A stretch of DNA of 64,000 nucleotides, taken from assembly GCA_963836845.1 (NCBI GenBank), contig CAWILK010000046.1:1582-65581 (forward strand). The letters run 5' to 3'. This document shows positions 48,361-57,272 of this stretch, piece after piece (the stretch's first letter is position 1; every line of letters begins with the position of its first letter). The notes beneath the pieces are model-generated. The model did no database searches. It saw only the letters and a program-made list of their open reading frames with translations, and was not told the DNA's origin. Position numbers and translations under genes: made by a program. Source of the stretch: an uncultured Alphaproteobacteria bacterium (lineage in GTDB: Bacteria > Pseudomonadota > Alphaproteobacteria > ATCC43930 > CGMCC-115725).

Positions 48361-48645
48361 TCGAGTTCTCTGCGTATCGTCTCCAATACGCCCGCAAGTT
48401 TCTCCATCACATCCCCGTTCCAGAACCGGATGACCCGGTAACCGCGGCGGACGATTTCCAGGCTGCGTGCCTCGATCCGCATCGTGCCGAATCGCGTGCT
48501 GTCCGCCATCCAACTCGATCGCCAGCTTCGCGGTCGGACAGGCGAAGTCGACGATGTGCCTGCCGATAGGGTGCTGGCGTCGAAAGCGGACAGAGGTGAC
48601 CACCTCTCGCAGCTCGCGCCAGAGCCGTTTCTCGGCCTCCGTCAT
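48231..48645 (-). CDS. DUF559 (endonuclease-like) domain protein, one apparent frameshift; C-terminus runs into the repeat
   Basis: ORF 48319..48645 (MTEAEKRLWRELREVVTSVRFRRQHPIGRHIVDFACPTAKLAIELDGGQH) joins ORF 48231..48509 (...RIEARSLEIVRRGYRVIRFWNGDVMEKLAGVLETIRRELD...), then repeat-encoded GGGEGRGEAGG... Confidence 0.65.
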
Positions 48646-48690
48646 GTCCCGACGCAGACGCCGGCGAGCTCTTCCTCGCGCGCTCCCTGA

Positions 48691-49141
48691 TCACTCGATC
48701 AGCATCAGGGGAGCGCCATACTCGACGGGCTGGGCGTCGGCAACGAAGATCTGCGTGATGCGGCCGGAACGGTGCGCGCGGATCTGATTCATCACCTTCA
48801 TCGCCTCGATGATCAGCAGCGGCTGGCCTTCCGCGACCGAATCGCCGAGGCGGACGAAGGGCGGGTCGCCCGGCTGCGGGGCGAGATAGGCGGTTCCGAC
48901 CATCGGCGCCTTGACCGTGCCGGGATGCTCGACGGGCACCGCGGAGGCGGGGAGGGGAGAGAAGGGCGCTGCGGCGGGAACGGCCGCCGGCGCCGATCCG
49001 GCGGGTACGCGCGCGATACGGATCCGCCGGTCCGCCGATCGCGTATTCGATCTCGGTCAGGCCGGTTTCGGTTAGGAGAGCCGCCAGGGTGCGGATCAGT
49101 TCGGCGTCGGGAAAAGGCGGGCTGCGGCCGCCTATTTTCAC
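48691..49141 (-). CDS. accB: acetyl-CoA carboxylase biotin carboxyl carrier protein, 1-2 apparent frameshifts
   Basis: A GTG start gives (M)[36 protein letters not shown]..., then ORF 48691..48939: ...[58 protein letters not shown] (biotinyl-lysine EAMKVMN motif). Confidence 0.85.
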
Positions 49142-49596
49142 TGATCCGCCTCGCCCGCTTCGCCCTCGATCAGGCTCGCGACCGCGTCGAGCGCGAGCTC
49201 GTAGCCCTGCGGCCCCAACCCGCAGATCACCCCGTTCGCCGCGAGGCTGACATAGGAGTGGTGGCGAAAGCTCTCGCGCCGGAAGATGTTCGACAGATGC
49301 ACTTCGACGAGCGGCAGCGCCGCCGCCGACAGCGCATCGAATATCGCGACCGAAGTGTGGGTCAGCGCTCCGGCATTGAGGATGATCCCGTCGGCCGATT
49401 CTCGGGCCTCCTGGATCCAGTCGACCAGCTGGCCCTCATGATTGGTCTGGCGAAACTCGATCTGCACATCGAGCGCCGCGGCGCGGGCCAGGCACCGCTC
49501 CTCGATGTCGGCCAGAGTGTCGTGGCCGTAGACCGCCGGCTCCCGAACGCCGAGCAGGTTCAGATTGGGACCGTTCAGGATGAAGACCGTAGCCAA
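49138..49596 (-). CDS. aroQ: type II 3-dehydroquinate dehydratase, intact
   Basis: [32 protein letters not shown]...[17 protein letters not shown]...[19 protein letters not shown]...[19 protein letters not shown]. The stop overlaps the accB GTG (GTGA). Confidence 0.9.
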   Translation of the reverse strand: MATVFILNGPNLNLLGVREPAVYGHDTLADIEERCLARAAALDVQIEFRQTNHEGQLVDWIQEARESADGIILNAGALTHTSVAIFDALSAAALPLVEVHLSNIFRRESFRHHSYVSLAANGVICGLGPQGYELALDAVASLIEGEAGEADQ

Positions 49597-49654
49597 GCGA
49601 GCACCCCCTCAGACGAGCTCATCATATCACGGGGCCCGCGCTTCCGCCGGCCTT

Positions 49655-51412
49655 TCAATCCGCCAGCCCCGCCTTACGAAAGCCGGCGATCAAATGCTCG
49701 CGGTCTTCGGGACGAATCTCTCGAAGCTCGTCCAAGGGCAGCGCCATATAGCGCCGGAACCCGTCGCCGAACCGCGCCAGAGCCTCCTCCATGACCGCGC
49801 GCGCCTCGTCGACTTCGCCCAATTGGCCCAGAGCCGCGATCAGCGTGTTGTAAGGCTGCCGGAAATTCGGCACCGAATGGCGCAATTTGCGCACCGCTGC
49901 GATCGATGCGGCGTAATCCCCGGCCCAGTAATGCGCCCTGGCAATAAAATGGAGCCACAACGGGAACAGCGGGTCGAATGGGCTCAGGCGCATCGCCGTC
50001 TGCAACGGCTCGATCGCCTCACGCGGCCGGCCGCCCCACAGGCGGGCGCCGCCTTGCGCGGCATGGGCCGCGGCGGAATTGGGATCGGAGCCGACCGCGA
50101 GATCCGCTTGTGCGAGGCTTTCGGCGCGCCGCCCCGACATCCACAAGGCACGCGCCATCGCGGCGTGCGCCGTCGCGTCGGTTGCATCGATCTGGATCGC
50201 GCGACCCGCGTGGTCAAGCGCGCGCGCTATGTTCGGCGCTCGATCGACCAGCTGAAACAGCGTGATCTCGTTGAGATAGGTCAGTGCGAGCGCGGCCTCA
50301 GCCGCGGCGAACCGCGCATCGAGCTCGATCGCGCGGCGAAAGAAGTCCCGAGCTTTCTGGTTTTCCGCCGCGTCGACAAGCGCAACGTGCCACATTCCCC
50401 GGTGGTAGCTTTCCCACGCATCGAGACTGTCTGGGGGCTTGCGTGCGGCGCGCTCGCGCTCGCTGCGCTCGAGAGCCGGCTGGATCGCCTCGGAAACGCG
50501 CGCCGTGATCTCGTCCTGCACGGCAAAGATATCGGCCAGATCCCGGTCATACCTTTCTGCCCAGAGATGCCCGCCGGTCGCGGCGTCGACGAGCTGCGCG
50601 GTCACCCGCACCCGGCTGCCGCCCCGGCGCACGCTGCCTTCGAGGATGTACCGCACGCCCAGCTCGCGCCCGATTGTTCTGACCGCGACGGCTTTCCCCT
50701 TGTAGGTGAAGCTCGAGTTGCGGGCGATGACGAACAGCGAGCGGGATTTCGACAATGCGGTGATGATGTCTTCGGCGATCCCGTCGGCGAAGAACTCCTG
50801 CTCGAGATCGCCCCCGATTGCAGCGAACGCCAAAATCGCAATCGACGGCCTATCCGGCAATGGCAGCGACGGGCGCGTGCCGATGCCGCTGCCGATCTGA
50901 TAGACCCGCACCGGCCGCGTTATATTGTGGAGGTGCTGCTCCCCCAAATCTTCAAAGACGGCATCCAATTTGCCTGCAGCATCCTCCTGCACGCGTGCCG
51001 AGACGCAGATCCCTCCGGGCGGGGCCACGCCTTCGAGGCGAGCCGCGATATTCACGCCGTCGCCGAATATGTCGCCGTCCTCGGCGACGACGATCTCTCC
51101 GACATTGATCCCGATGCGCCACTGGATTTGCAGATCGGCAGCAGCTCCGGCGTTTTGCTCGGGCATGCCGGCCTGCACCTCGGTCGCGCAGCGCAATGCA
51201 TCGAGAACGCTCGAGAATTCGGCCAAGACCCCGTCGCCCGTCGTTTTGACGATCCGGCCGCGATGCTCGCCGATCTTGCTGTCAACCAGGTTTCTGCGGA
51301 TCGCCTTTAGGCGCCCGAGGGTACCATCCTCGTCGAGGCCGATCAGGCGCGAATAGCCGGCTACGTCCGCCGCGAGGATTGCGGCGAGCCGGCGCTCCGG
51401 TCGGGTCTGCAT
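49655..51412 (-). CDS. class III adenylate/guanylate cyclase fused to TolB-N-like and TPR domains, intact
   Basis: Uninterrupted 585-aa ORF: RRLAAILAADVAGYSRLIGLDEDGTL...GRIVKTTGDGVLAEFSS...RIGINVGEIVVAEDGDIFGDGVNIAARLE. This is followed by ...PSIAILAFAAIGGDLEQEFFADGIAEDIITALSK and TPR-like repeats. Confidence 0.9.
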   Translation of the reverse strand: MQTRPERRLAAILAADVAGYSRLIGLDEDGTLGRLKAIRRNLVDSKIGEHRGRIVKTTGDGVLAEFSSVLDALRCATEVQAGMPEQNAGAAADLQIQWRIGINVGEIVVAEDGDIFGDGVNIAARLEGVAPPGGICVSARVQEDAAGKLDAVFEDLGEQHLHNITRPVRVYQIGSGIGTRPSLPLPDRPSIAILAFAAIGGDLEQEFFADGIAEDIITALSKSRSLFVIARNSSFTYKGKAVAVRTIGRELGVRYILEGSVRRGGSRVRVTAQLVDAATGGHLWAERYDRDLADIFAVQDEITARVSEAIQPALERSERERAARKPPDSLDAWESYHRGMWHVALVDAAENQKARDFFRRAIELDARFAAAEAALALTYLNEITLFQLVDRAPNIARALDHAGRAIQIDATDATAHAAMARALWMSGRRAESLAQADLAVGSDPNSAAAHAAQGGARLWGGRPREAIEPLQTAMRLSPFDPLFPLWLHFIARAHYWAGDYAASIAAVRKLRHSVPNFRQPYNTLIAALGQLGEVDEARAVMEEALARFGDGFRRYMALPLDELREIRPEDREHLIAGFRKAGLAD

Positions 51413-51750
51413 GGCGCTCCTTCTGCGCCCACGATCCTACACCTGCCGGCGTCGCGTTGCATCGTTGTCGTTTTCCCAGAGGATCCACCAAGTCGGCGGT
51501 AGCCGCTAATTGCTCTACCCTCCGCGGCGTGGAGGTGGTGCGAGACGTCCAGCACTCGGGCGATCCAGTGGATGTCGACATCATGCCGGCGATTTGTCAC
51601 ATTCGCTCGGCAATCGGCCATCAGAGCCGCTGCCTTGGTCACAAACAGCGGTTCTGCGCCTCCAGGGAGCAGGATTCGTCCGAGCCCAGGGTTAACGATC
51701 GCGATGCGCCGACCCGCGATTACCCTCTCATGGAGGATGGTATCGACCAT

Positions 51751-52029
51751 ATGGCTAGCGCGGATCTTCACCAGAGCCACCCTGAGATCCTCAAACGTCT
51801 GAAGCGCGCGGAGGGACATCTGCGCAGCATCTCCGAGATGATCGAGCGGGGCCGCTCTTGCCTCGACATCGCCCAGCAGCTGCACGCCGTTGAAAAGGCG
51901 ATTTGCCAGGCGAAGCGGACATTGATCCAGGATCACATCGACAATTGCCTCGAGGCCGCCGCCGGCCCGTTGCCGCGCGAGCAGCGGCAGTCGATCGCCG
52001 AGTTCAGGGAAATCACGAAGTACCTCTGA
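51751..52029 (+). CDS. metal-sensing transcriptional repressor, CsoR/RcnR/FrmR (DUF156) family
   Basis: MASADLHQSHPEILKRLKRAEGHLRSISEMIERGRSCLDIAQQLHAVEKAICQAKRTLIQDHIDNCLE... is a typical four-helix CsoR-like pattern with the C-H-C/H ligand region. An alternative ATG lies at 51730. Confidence 0.8.
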   Translation: MASADLHQSHPEILKRLKRAEGHLRSISEMIERGRSCLDIAQQLHAVEKAICQAKRTLIQDHIDNCLEAAAGPLPREQRQSIAEFREITKYL

Positions 52030-52089
52030 CGCGCCCGGCCCTGAGGCGCGTGGCGGCCATGCGCTGGCGCCGCAGCGAGCGCCGTGTCG

Positions 52090-53085
52090 TCAACCATCCG
52101 AACGATCGAACGTAATGTTTGCGGTGCGCAGCGCCGGCACGTGCTCGAACAGCTCCTGCTTGAGCCTGCTTGCGATCCCGCGCGCGGCCGGGAGCGTCAG
52201 CGTGTCGTCGACATCGATCGCGACATCCGCATGGAGCTGGTGCCCGATCCAGCGGGCCTTGGCGTCGACGACCCGCGCAATACCCGGGACATGCTCCGCG
52301 GCATGGCGGATCTCGGTTGTCACGCTTGGTTCGGCGCCGTCGAGGCTGCGCGTGATCACTGCGCGCGCCGATTGCCAAACGATGCCGAAGATGGCGATGG
52401 TGATGAGCAGTCCGACAATCGGATCGGCCGGGGGGTAGCCGAGCCAGACGCCGGCGGCGCCGAGCACGACTGCGAGGGAAGTCAGCCCGTCGGTGCGTGC
52501 GTGGTAGCCGTCCACGATCAAGGCCGTGCTGTTCATCCTGCGCCCCACCCGGATGCGGAAGATCGCGACGATCTCGTTGCCCAAAAAGCCGATGATGCCA
52601 GCGGCGGTAAGCCAGCCGAGATGCTGGACCGGCTGCGGATTTATGAGGCGCTCGATCGCCTGGTACCCGGCCACGATCGCGCTGAACAGAATGATGAGCA
52701 CGATCAGCATGCCGGCCAGGTCCTCGGCCCGGCCGAGGCCGTAGCTGAAGGTTTTTGACGGCTTGCGGCGCGCCAGCACGAACGCCACCCACAGCGGGAT
52801 CGCGGTTGTGGCGTCTCCGATGTTGTGGATCGTGTCGGCGAGCAGAGCGACGGAGCCCGAGACGAACACGATAGCGAGCTGGAACGCCGCAGTGATCGCG
52901 AGGATCACAAACGACCACTTGATGGCCCGGATCCCCTGTTCCGTGGTGGTGAGCGAGGGATCGATCACGCCATGCTTATGGCCGTGCTCGCCGGCGCCGT
53001 GGTGCGCGTGACCGTGTCCCCCATGGCTGTGGCCGTCGATACCCCGGCCCCCGGGGCCGAGCCAATTGAGAACCTTCGTTATCAT
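52090..53085 (-). CDS. cation diffusion facilitator (CDF) family metal exporter with His-rich N-terminus, intact
   Basis: MITKVLNWLGPGGRGIDGHSHGGHGHAHHGAGEHGHKHG... then TM core ...SGSVALLADTIHNIGDATTAI...GLGRAEDLAG...IVDGYHARTDGLTSLAV... The start is internal to ORF 52090..53178. Confidence 0.9.
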   Translation of the reverse strand: MITKVLNWLGPGGRGIDGHSHGGHGHAHHGAGEHGHKHGVIDPSLTTTEQGIRAIKWSFVILAITAAFQLAIVFVSGSVALLADTIHNIGDATTAIPLWVAFVLARRKPSKTFSYGLGRAEDLAGMLIVLIILFSAIVAGYQAIERLINPQPVQHLGWLTAAGIIGFLGNEIVAIFRIRVGRRMNSTALIVDGYHARTDGLTSLAVVLGAAGVWLGYPPADPIVGLLITIAIFGIVWQSARAVITRSLDGAEPSVTTEIRHAAEHVPGIARVVDAKARWIGHQLHADVAIDVDDTLTLPAARGIASRLKQELFEHVPALRTANITFDRSDG

Positions 53086-53123
53086 GGACGGTTCAGGCGG
53101 TTGGGGATTGCGGGGTGCGCGGA

Positions 53124-53149
53124 GGGATAGTCCTATCCCCCAGGATAGG
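53124..53149. promoter_or_regulatory. candidate CsoR/RcnR-type operator upstream of the CDF gene
   Basis: GGGATAG-tc-CTATCCCCCA-GGATAGG consists of overlapping inverted repeats (GGGATAG/CTATCCC and CCTATCC/GGATAGG) around a C5 tract, i.e. TAT-C5-A-GG-ATA. It lies 40-65 nt upstream of the CDF start (53085, minus strand). Confidence 0.45.
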
Positions 53150-53334
53150 GTAATACAAGAGGGGAAGTGGTCACGCAACCCGATCGCCCTCGTCGCTCGA
53201 CGTCAGCATCGCAAGCATCGGGTTCGCCTTCTGGGTTCGGCCGGTCATCTTGGCCCCCGCCCGGCGCAAGATGCTTTGCGCCAATTGTCGAGCCGGCCAT
53301 AGTGTTGCTCCACACCAGCCGGCGGAGGAGTCCC

Positions 53335-54030
53335 ATGGCCATCACCCTTTACGATCTCGCCGGCGCCGAGGCGGAGCGGCGGTTCAGCCCGTTTTGCTGG
53401 CGCACCAAAATGGCGCTTGCCCATAAGGGGGTGGAGGTCGAGACCGTGCCGTGGCGGTTCACCGAGAAGGACAAGCTGCCGCAGCCCAATGCCGGCCGCG
53501 TGCCGGTCATCGTCGATGGCGGCGAGGTGGTGCACGATTCTTCGGCAATCGCCGAATATCTCGAAAAGCGCTATCCCGACCGCCCTTCCTTGTTTGGCGG
53601 CGAGACCGGCCGCGCCTTGACCCGGTTCGTGCAGAATTGGACCGAGACCGTATTGCACCCGGGGATGATCGGGTTTGTGGTGCTCGACATCTGCCGCCAT
53701 GCCGCGCCGCAGGACCAGCCCTATTTCCGGCAATCCCGCGAGGAGCGGTTCGGGCGCAGCCTCGAAGACGTCGTCAAGGACCGCGACACCAGGTTGCCCG
53801 CTTTCCGGGAGAGCCTAACGCCGTTGCGCCGCACCCTCGAGCGCCAGAAGTTTGTCGCCGGCGACGCGCCGGCCTATGCCGATTACCTTGTCTTCGGCGC
53901 TTTTCAATGGGCGCGGGCAATCAGCGATTTCGAGCTGCTCGCCGCCGACGACCCGATCGCCGCCTGGCGCGGCAGATTGCTCGACCTTTACGGCGGCCTC
54001 GCCCGCAAGAGCCCCGCCTACGGCGGTTGA
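53335..54030 (+). CDS. glutathione S-transferase, intact
   Basis: MAITLYDLAGAEAERRFSPFCWRTKMALAHKGVEVETVPWRFTEKDKLPQPNAGRVPVIVDGGEVVHDSSAIAEYLE... The start is internal to ORF 53167..54030. Confidence 0.85.
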   Translation: MAITLYDLAGAEAERRFSPFCWRTKMALAHKGVEVETVPWRFTEKDKLPQPNAGRVPVIVDGGEVVHDSSAIAEYLEKRYPDRPSLFGGETGRALTRFVQNWTETVLHPGMIGFVVLDICRHAAPQDQPYFRQSREERFGRSLEDVVKDRDTRLPAFRESLTPLRRTLERQKFVAGDAPAYADYLVFGAFQWARAISDFELLAADDPIAAWRGRLLDLYGGLARKSPAYGG

Positions 54031-54033
54031 GCG

Positions 54034-54510
54034 ATGGACTGGACGACGGCTGTGGCGACGGCCGCGCTGATCGTTCACGCCCTCTCGGCCGTCGTCTGGG
54101 TCGGCGGCATGTTCTTCGCGCATCAGGTGCTGCGGCCGGCGGCCGGAGCGCTCGAACCCGCGCCGCGGCTGCAGCTGTGGTCGGGCGTCCTCGGGCGCTT
54201 CTTCGGCTGGGTCATCGCCGCCATCATCCTGCTGCTGGCGAGCGGCTACGCCATGATTTTCCTGGTGCTGGGCGGTTTCGCCAGGGTCGGGATCCATGTC
54301 CATCTGATGCAAGGGATCGGCATTTTGATGATGCTGTTGTTCTTTCACCTCTACTTCGCGCCGTGGCGACGCTTCCGCTCCGCCGTGGCGCGGCAGGACT
54401 GGGCCGAGGGCGCGCGTCAGCTAGGGCAGATCCGCACGATCGTCACGACCAATCTGATGCTCGGCCTGATCGTCGTCGCCATCGGCAGCAGCGGGCGTTA
54501 TTGGGGCTGA
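54034..54510 (+). CDS. CopD-like integral membrane protein (putative), intact
   Basis: 158-aa ORF with 4 predicted TM helices (ALIVHALSAVVWVGGMFFAHQVL..., GWVIAAIILLLASGYAMIFLVL..., GIGILMMLLFFHLYF..., LMLGLIVVAIG). It starts 4 nt after the GST stop. The family call is tentative. Confidence 0.5.
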   Translation: MDWTTAVATAALIVHALSAVVWVGGMFFAHQVLRPAAGALEPAPRLQLWSGVLGRFFGWVIAAIILLLASGYAMIFLVLGGFARVGIHVHLMQGIGILMMLLFFHLYFAPWRRFRSAVARQDWAEGARQLGQIRTIVTTNLMLGLIVVAIGSSGRYWG

Positions 54511-54519
54511 TCGGCGGGC

Positions 54520-54864
54520 TTATAAATCAGTCTCGGTTGACTGGCCGGGGAACAGGGTGGCCCGACTCCATCCCGACCAGACGCCGGCGACCGGATTGTT
54601 CGGATTGCGGTCATGCCGCCAGCAGATGTTCTCCGCGTTGGGAGCCTCGATACGCTGGGTGCGCCCTTTGGTCATCACGAATTCTTGAGTCGAGACGTAG
54701 GCCTCGCGCTTGTCGCAGTCAGGGCTTTTCGTGACCGCTGCCTCGACGTTGACGCGTTCCCAGGTTGGATTGTTCAACAACAATGTCGCCGACGGCCCCG
54801 ATCCGACCGATCCGCAACCGGAGAGCAGCAGGAGCAATGTGGGGAGGCATCCGGAATACCGCAT
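54520..54864 (-). CDS. hypothetical lipoprotein (114 aa)
   Basis: MRYSGCLPTLLLLLSGCGSVGSG (lipobox LSGC), then ...NNPTWERVNVEAAVTKSPDCDKREAYVSTQEFVMTKGRTQRIEAPNAENICWRHDRNPNNPVAGVWSGW. It is the 3' part of ORF 54520..55098. Confidence 0.5.
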   Translation of the reverse strand: MRYSGCLPTLLLLLSGCGSVGSGPSATLLLNNPTWERVNVEAAVTKSPDCDKREAYVSTQEFVMTKGRTQRIEAPNAENICWRHDRNPNNPVAGVWSGWSRATLFPGQSTETDL

Positions 54865-55030
54865 TAATCCTTCCCTCCAAAACTGCACATTGCCACGTCC
54901 AGGACTGCCGAGAATGGCCCCGTCGTTTAGAAAGCTTCGCCCTTCCAAGCAAGCAGAATTGCGCCCATTCGGGATCGACGCGCAGACCGCTTTGCAGGTC
55001 AGACCGGGTCGCATGCGGAGAACGAACGCG

Positions 55031-55171
55031 ATGAGGAGGTTGATCTTCTTTTTCGTCATACTCGCCGGGCTGGCGGGCTCGCTCTCGACCTGTGCCAATC
55101 TGCAAGACGTTCTATGCCGGCCCGCAGGTCACTGTCCGGACGCCCCGGACGGGGTCAATAAGGACCACTGA
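55031..55171 (+). CDS. possible small membrane/lipoprotein (46 aa)
   Basis: MRRLIFFFVILAGLAGSLSTCANLQDVLCRPAGHCPDAPDGVNKDH* has a signal-like N-terminus. Support is weak. Confidence 0.25.
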   Translation: MRRLIFFFVILAGLAGSLSTCANLQDVLCRPAGHCPDAPDGVNKDH

Positions 55172-55274
55172 GCGAGTTCGCGCTTCGCCCTATTCTGATG
55201 GGTGGAAAGGGCCGGGAATAAACGCCGCGCCGGGTCGGTCTGGATCGCCGCAACCATAGTAGCGGGAGAGACAA

Positions 55275-56246
55275 ATGGCCGATCATGACGAAAATGAGAT
55301 ATCGGGCGCTGCCCGGATGGATCGTCGCGGATTGTTGAAATGCATGAGCTGGGCCGGAACCGGCGTGCTGTGGACCTTGAGCGGCGGCGTGCCGCGTTCG
55401 ATCGGGCTGGTCGGCGAGGCCTTGGCTGCCGAGAAGCAGGCCGGCAGCTTCACCTTCCTGCAGATCAGCGACAGCCATGTCGGGTTTGACAAGCCGGCCA
55501 ACCCCAACGCGCTCGGCACGTTCCAGGAGGCGATCGCCAAGGTCAATGCGATGCCGGCGCAGCCCGCCTTTATCATCCATACCGGCGACATCACCCACCT
55601 GTCCAAGGACAAGGAGTTCGACGACGCCGATCAGGCGATGAAGGCGCTAAAGCAAAAGGTCTATGTCATCCCGGGCGAGCATGACGTCGCCGATGCCGAC
55701 AACGGCAAGGCCTATCTCGACCGCTACGGCAAGGGGACCCAGGGCAAAGGCTGGTACAGCTTCGACCACGGGGGCGTGCATTTCATCGCGCTGATCAACG
55801 TCTTCAATTTCGCGCCGGGGTTCAAATCCGCCGGCCTCGCCCAGCTCGGCGACGAGCAGCTCGAATGGCTGGAAAAGGATGTGGCTGGGCTCTCGTCCAG
55901 CACGCCGATCGTCGTCTTCGCGCATCTGCCGCTGTGGACGATCTACGCCGAATGGGGATGGGGCACCGAGGACGCCGGCCGCGCGCTCGGCTATCTGAAG
56001 CGCTTTGGCTCGGTGACCGTGCTGAACGGCCACATCCACCAGATCGTGCAGAAGGTCGAGGGCAATGTCTCGTTCCATACCGCGCGGTCGACGGCATTCC
56101 CCCAGCCGGCTCCCGGGACCGCCCCCTCGCCCGGGCCGATGAAGGTGCCGGCCGAGCAACTGCAGTCGGTGCTCGGGGTGCGGACCGTCAACTATGTCCG
56201 CGGCAAGAGCCCGCTCGCCTTGATCGAAACCCCGCTCGGCGCTTGA
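55275..56246 (+). CDS. Tat-signal metallophosphoesterase, intact
   Basis: MDRRGLLKCMSWAGTGVLW (twin-arginine motif), then ...FLQISDSHVGF...IIHTGDITH...VIPGEHD...FIALINV...VFAHLPL...LNGHIHQ (calcineurin-like phosphoesterase motifs). Confidence 0.85.
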   Translation: MADHDENEISGAARMDRRGLLKCMSWAGTGVLWTLSGGVPRSIGLVGEALAAEKQAGSFTFLQISDSHVGFDKPANPNALGTFQEAIAKVNAMPAQPAFIIHTGDITHLSKDKEFDDADQAMKALKQKVYVIPGEHDVADADNGKAYLDRYGKGTQGKGWYSFDHGGVHFIALINVFNFAPGFKSAGLAQLGDEQLEWLEKDVAGLSSSTPIVVFAHLPLWTIYAEWGWGTEDAGRALGYLKRFGSVTVLNGHIHQIVQKVEGNVSFHTARSTAFPQPAPGTAPSPGPMKVPAEQLQSVLGVRTVNYVRGKSPLALIETPLGA

Positions 56247-56259
56247 GGAGCATCACGCG

Positions 56260-56622
56260 ATGATCAACCGGAGAATTGCCGCGGCGGTCGGGGCTGCGGG
56301 CTTCGGCGCGCTGCTCCTCGCCCCCGCCCCGGAGGTCCGCTCGGCGGCCGAGCCGGTGCTCCCGTCCGCCGCGATCCGCATCGACAATTTCAATTTCACG
56401 CCGCCCACCCTGGTCGTCGCGCCCGGGACGACGGTGACCTGGACCAATGCCGACGACGAGGCGCACACCGTGGTCGAGAAGGACCGGAAGTTCAAATCCG
56501 CGGCGCTCGATACCGACGAGACGTTCTCGCAGACCTTCACGGCGCCGGGCGAATACGACTACATCTGCTCGATCCACCCCTACATGGCCGGAAGGATCGT
56601 GGTCAAAACGGCTGGCTCATGA
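56260..56622 (+). CDS. cupredoxin family copper-binding protein (plastocyanin/amicyanin-like), intact
   Basis: Signal peptide MINRRIAAAVGAAGFGALLLAPA, then ...IDNFNFTPPTLVVAPGTTVTWTNADDEAHTV...GEYDYICSIHPYMAGRIVV (H...C..H....M type-1 copper ligands). Confidence 0.85.
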   Translation: MINRRIAAAVGAAGFGALLLAPAPEVRSAAEPVLPSAAIRIDNFNFTPPTLVVAPGTTVTWTNADDEAHTVVEKDRKFKSAALDTDETFSQTFTAPGEYDYICSIHPYMAGRIVVKTAGS

Positions 56623-56627
56623 TTTCT

Positions 56628-56660
56628 CCTTCGCCCCGCTGGCGGGTGGGAGGGGTGGTC
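56628..56660. repeat. partial REP-like element, copy E6
   Basis: CCTTCGCCCCGCTGGCGGGTGGGAGGGGTGG. Its reverse complement matches the CCCGCAAGCGGGGCGAGGG core of E4. Confidence 0.4.
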
Positions 56661-56705
56661 GGATCGCTACGTGGCGGCTCTCACAAGCCGCTCACGGTAG
56701 ATCCG

Positions 56706-57272
56706 TCAGGGGAGCTCAGTGGGACGGAATATAGGCCGGCCGACGACGCTGGCGGGGAGCAGGTAATCGAGCTGTATCACCAGCTGGGCAATGAAGCCGA
56801 TACCAGTTCCGGTAGCCCTGGTAGTGGGTATTAGAGCCTCGATGCCCAATTCCCAGCCCCTGCCCTGGGAGTAGCTGATGCCCGGGGCGACCACAAGGGT
56901 CGTGTTAATGGTCTCGCGGTAGACGTGCCCTACCGGGGTAGTGAAAAACACCTCGGTGATGGGGGTGATTCCGCTAAGGAATGGAGGCAGGTCGACATTC
57001 GCCACCTTGGACACGAGATACGGTATCGAATATTGGATGGAGAAGCCGGCCTGGAACACGTCGGTCCGCGCCCCCGCGGTGGCCTGATACCCGGCAAAGC
57101 CGGTGATTGCGAGCGGGCGCCAATAGCCGATCGGAAGGTCACCCAACCCTTTGGCAAAGGTTACCGCAGGCGTTGTTCTGGGGCCCATGAACTGGGCACC
57201 AAAACTGTGTGCGACCGCGACTGTTAACAAGAACTCCTGCGGTTGATCGAGGATCACCTCGTCCTGGAGCAA
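56706..57272 (-). pseudogene. outer-membrane beta-barrel protein (MetA-pathway/transporter-like), C-terminal part, separated from its 5' part by an IS
   Basis: ...LLQDEVILDQPQEFLLTVAVAHSFG...WRPLAITGFAGYQATAGARTDVFQAGFSIQYSIPYL...VVAPGISYSQGRGWELGIEALIPTT...IGFIAQLVIQLDYLLP has an alternating beta-strand pattern with no start or signal peptide of its own. The family call is tentative. Confidence 0.55.

Noticed and set aside
51440-51750. Minus-strand frame MVDTILHERVIAGRRIAIVNPGLGRILLPGGAEPLFVTKAAALMADCRANVTNRRHDVDIHW... as a degraded PIN/VapC relic.
   Set aside because: It resembles PIN landmarks only loosely (MxVDT..., ...ILP.D.AAA...RA..., ...VTxNxxDF). It is too short, lacks the acidic residues in register, and overlaps the RcnR-like gene start in antisense. 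It cannot be supported without a profile search.
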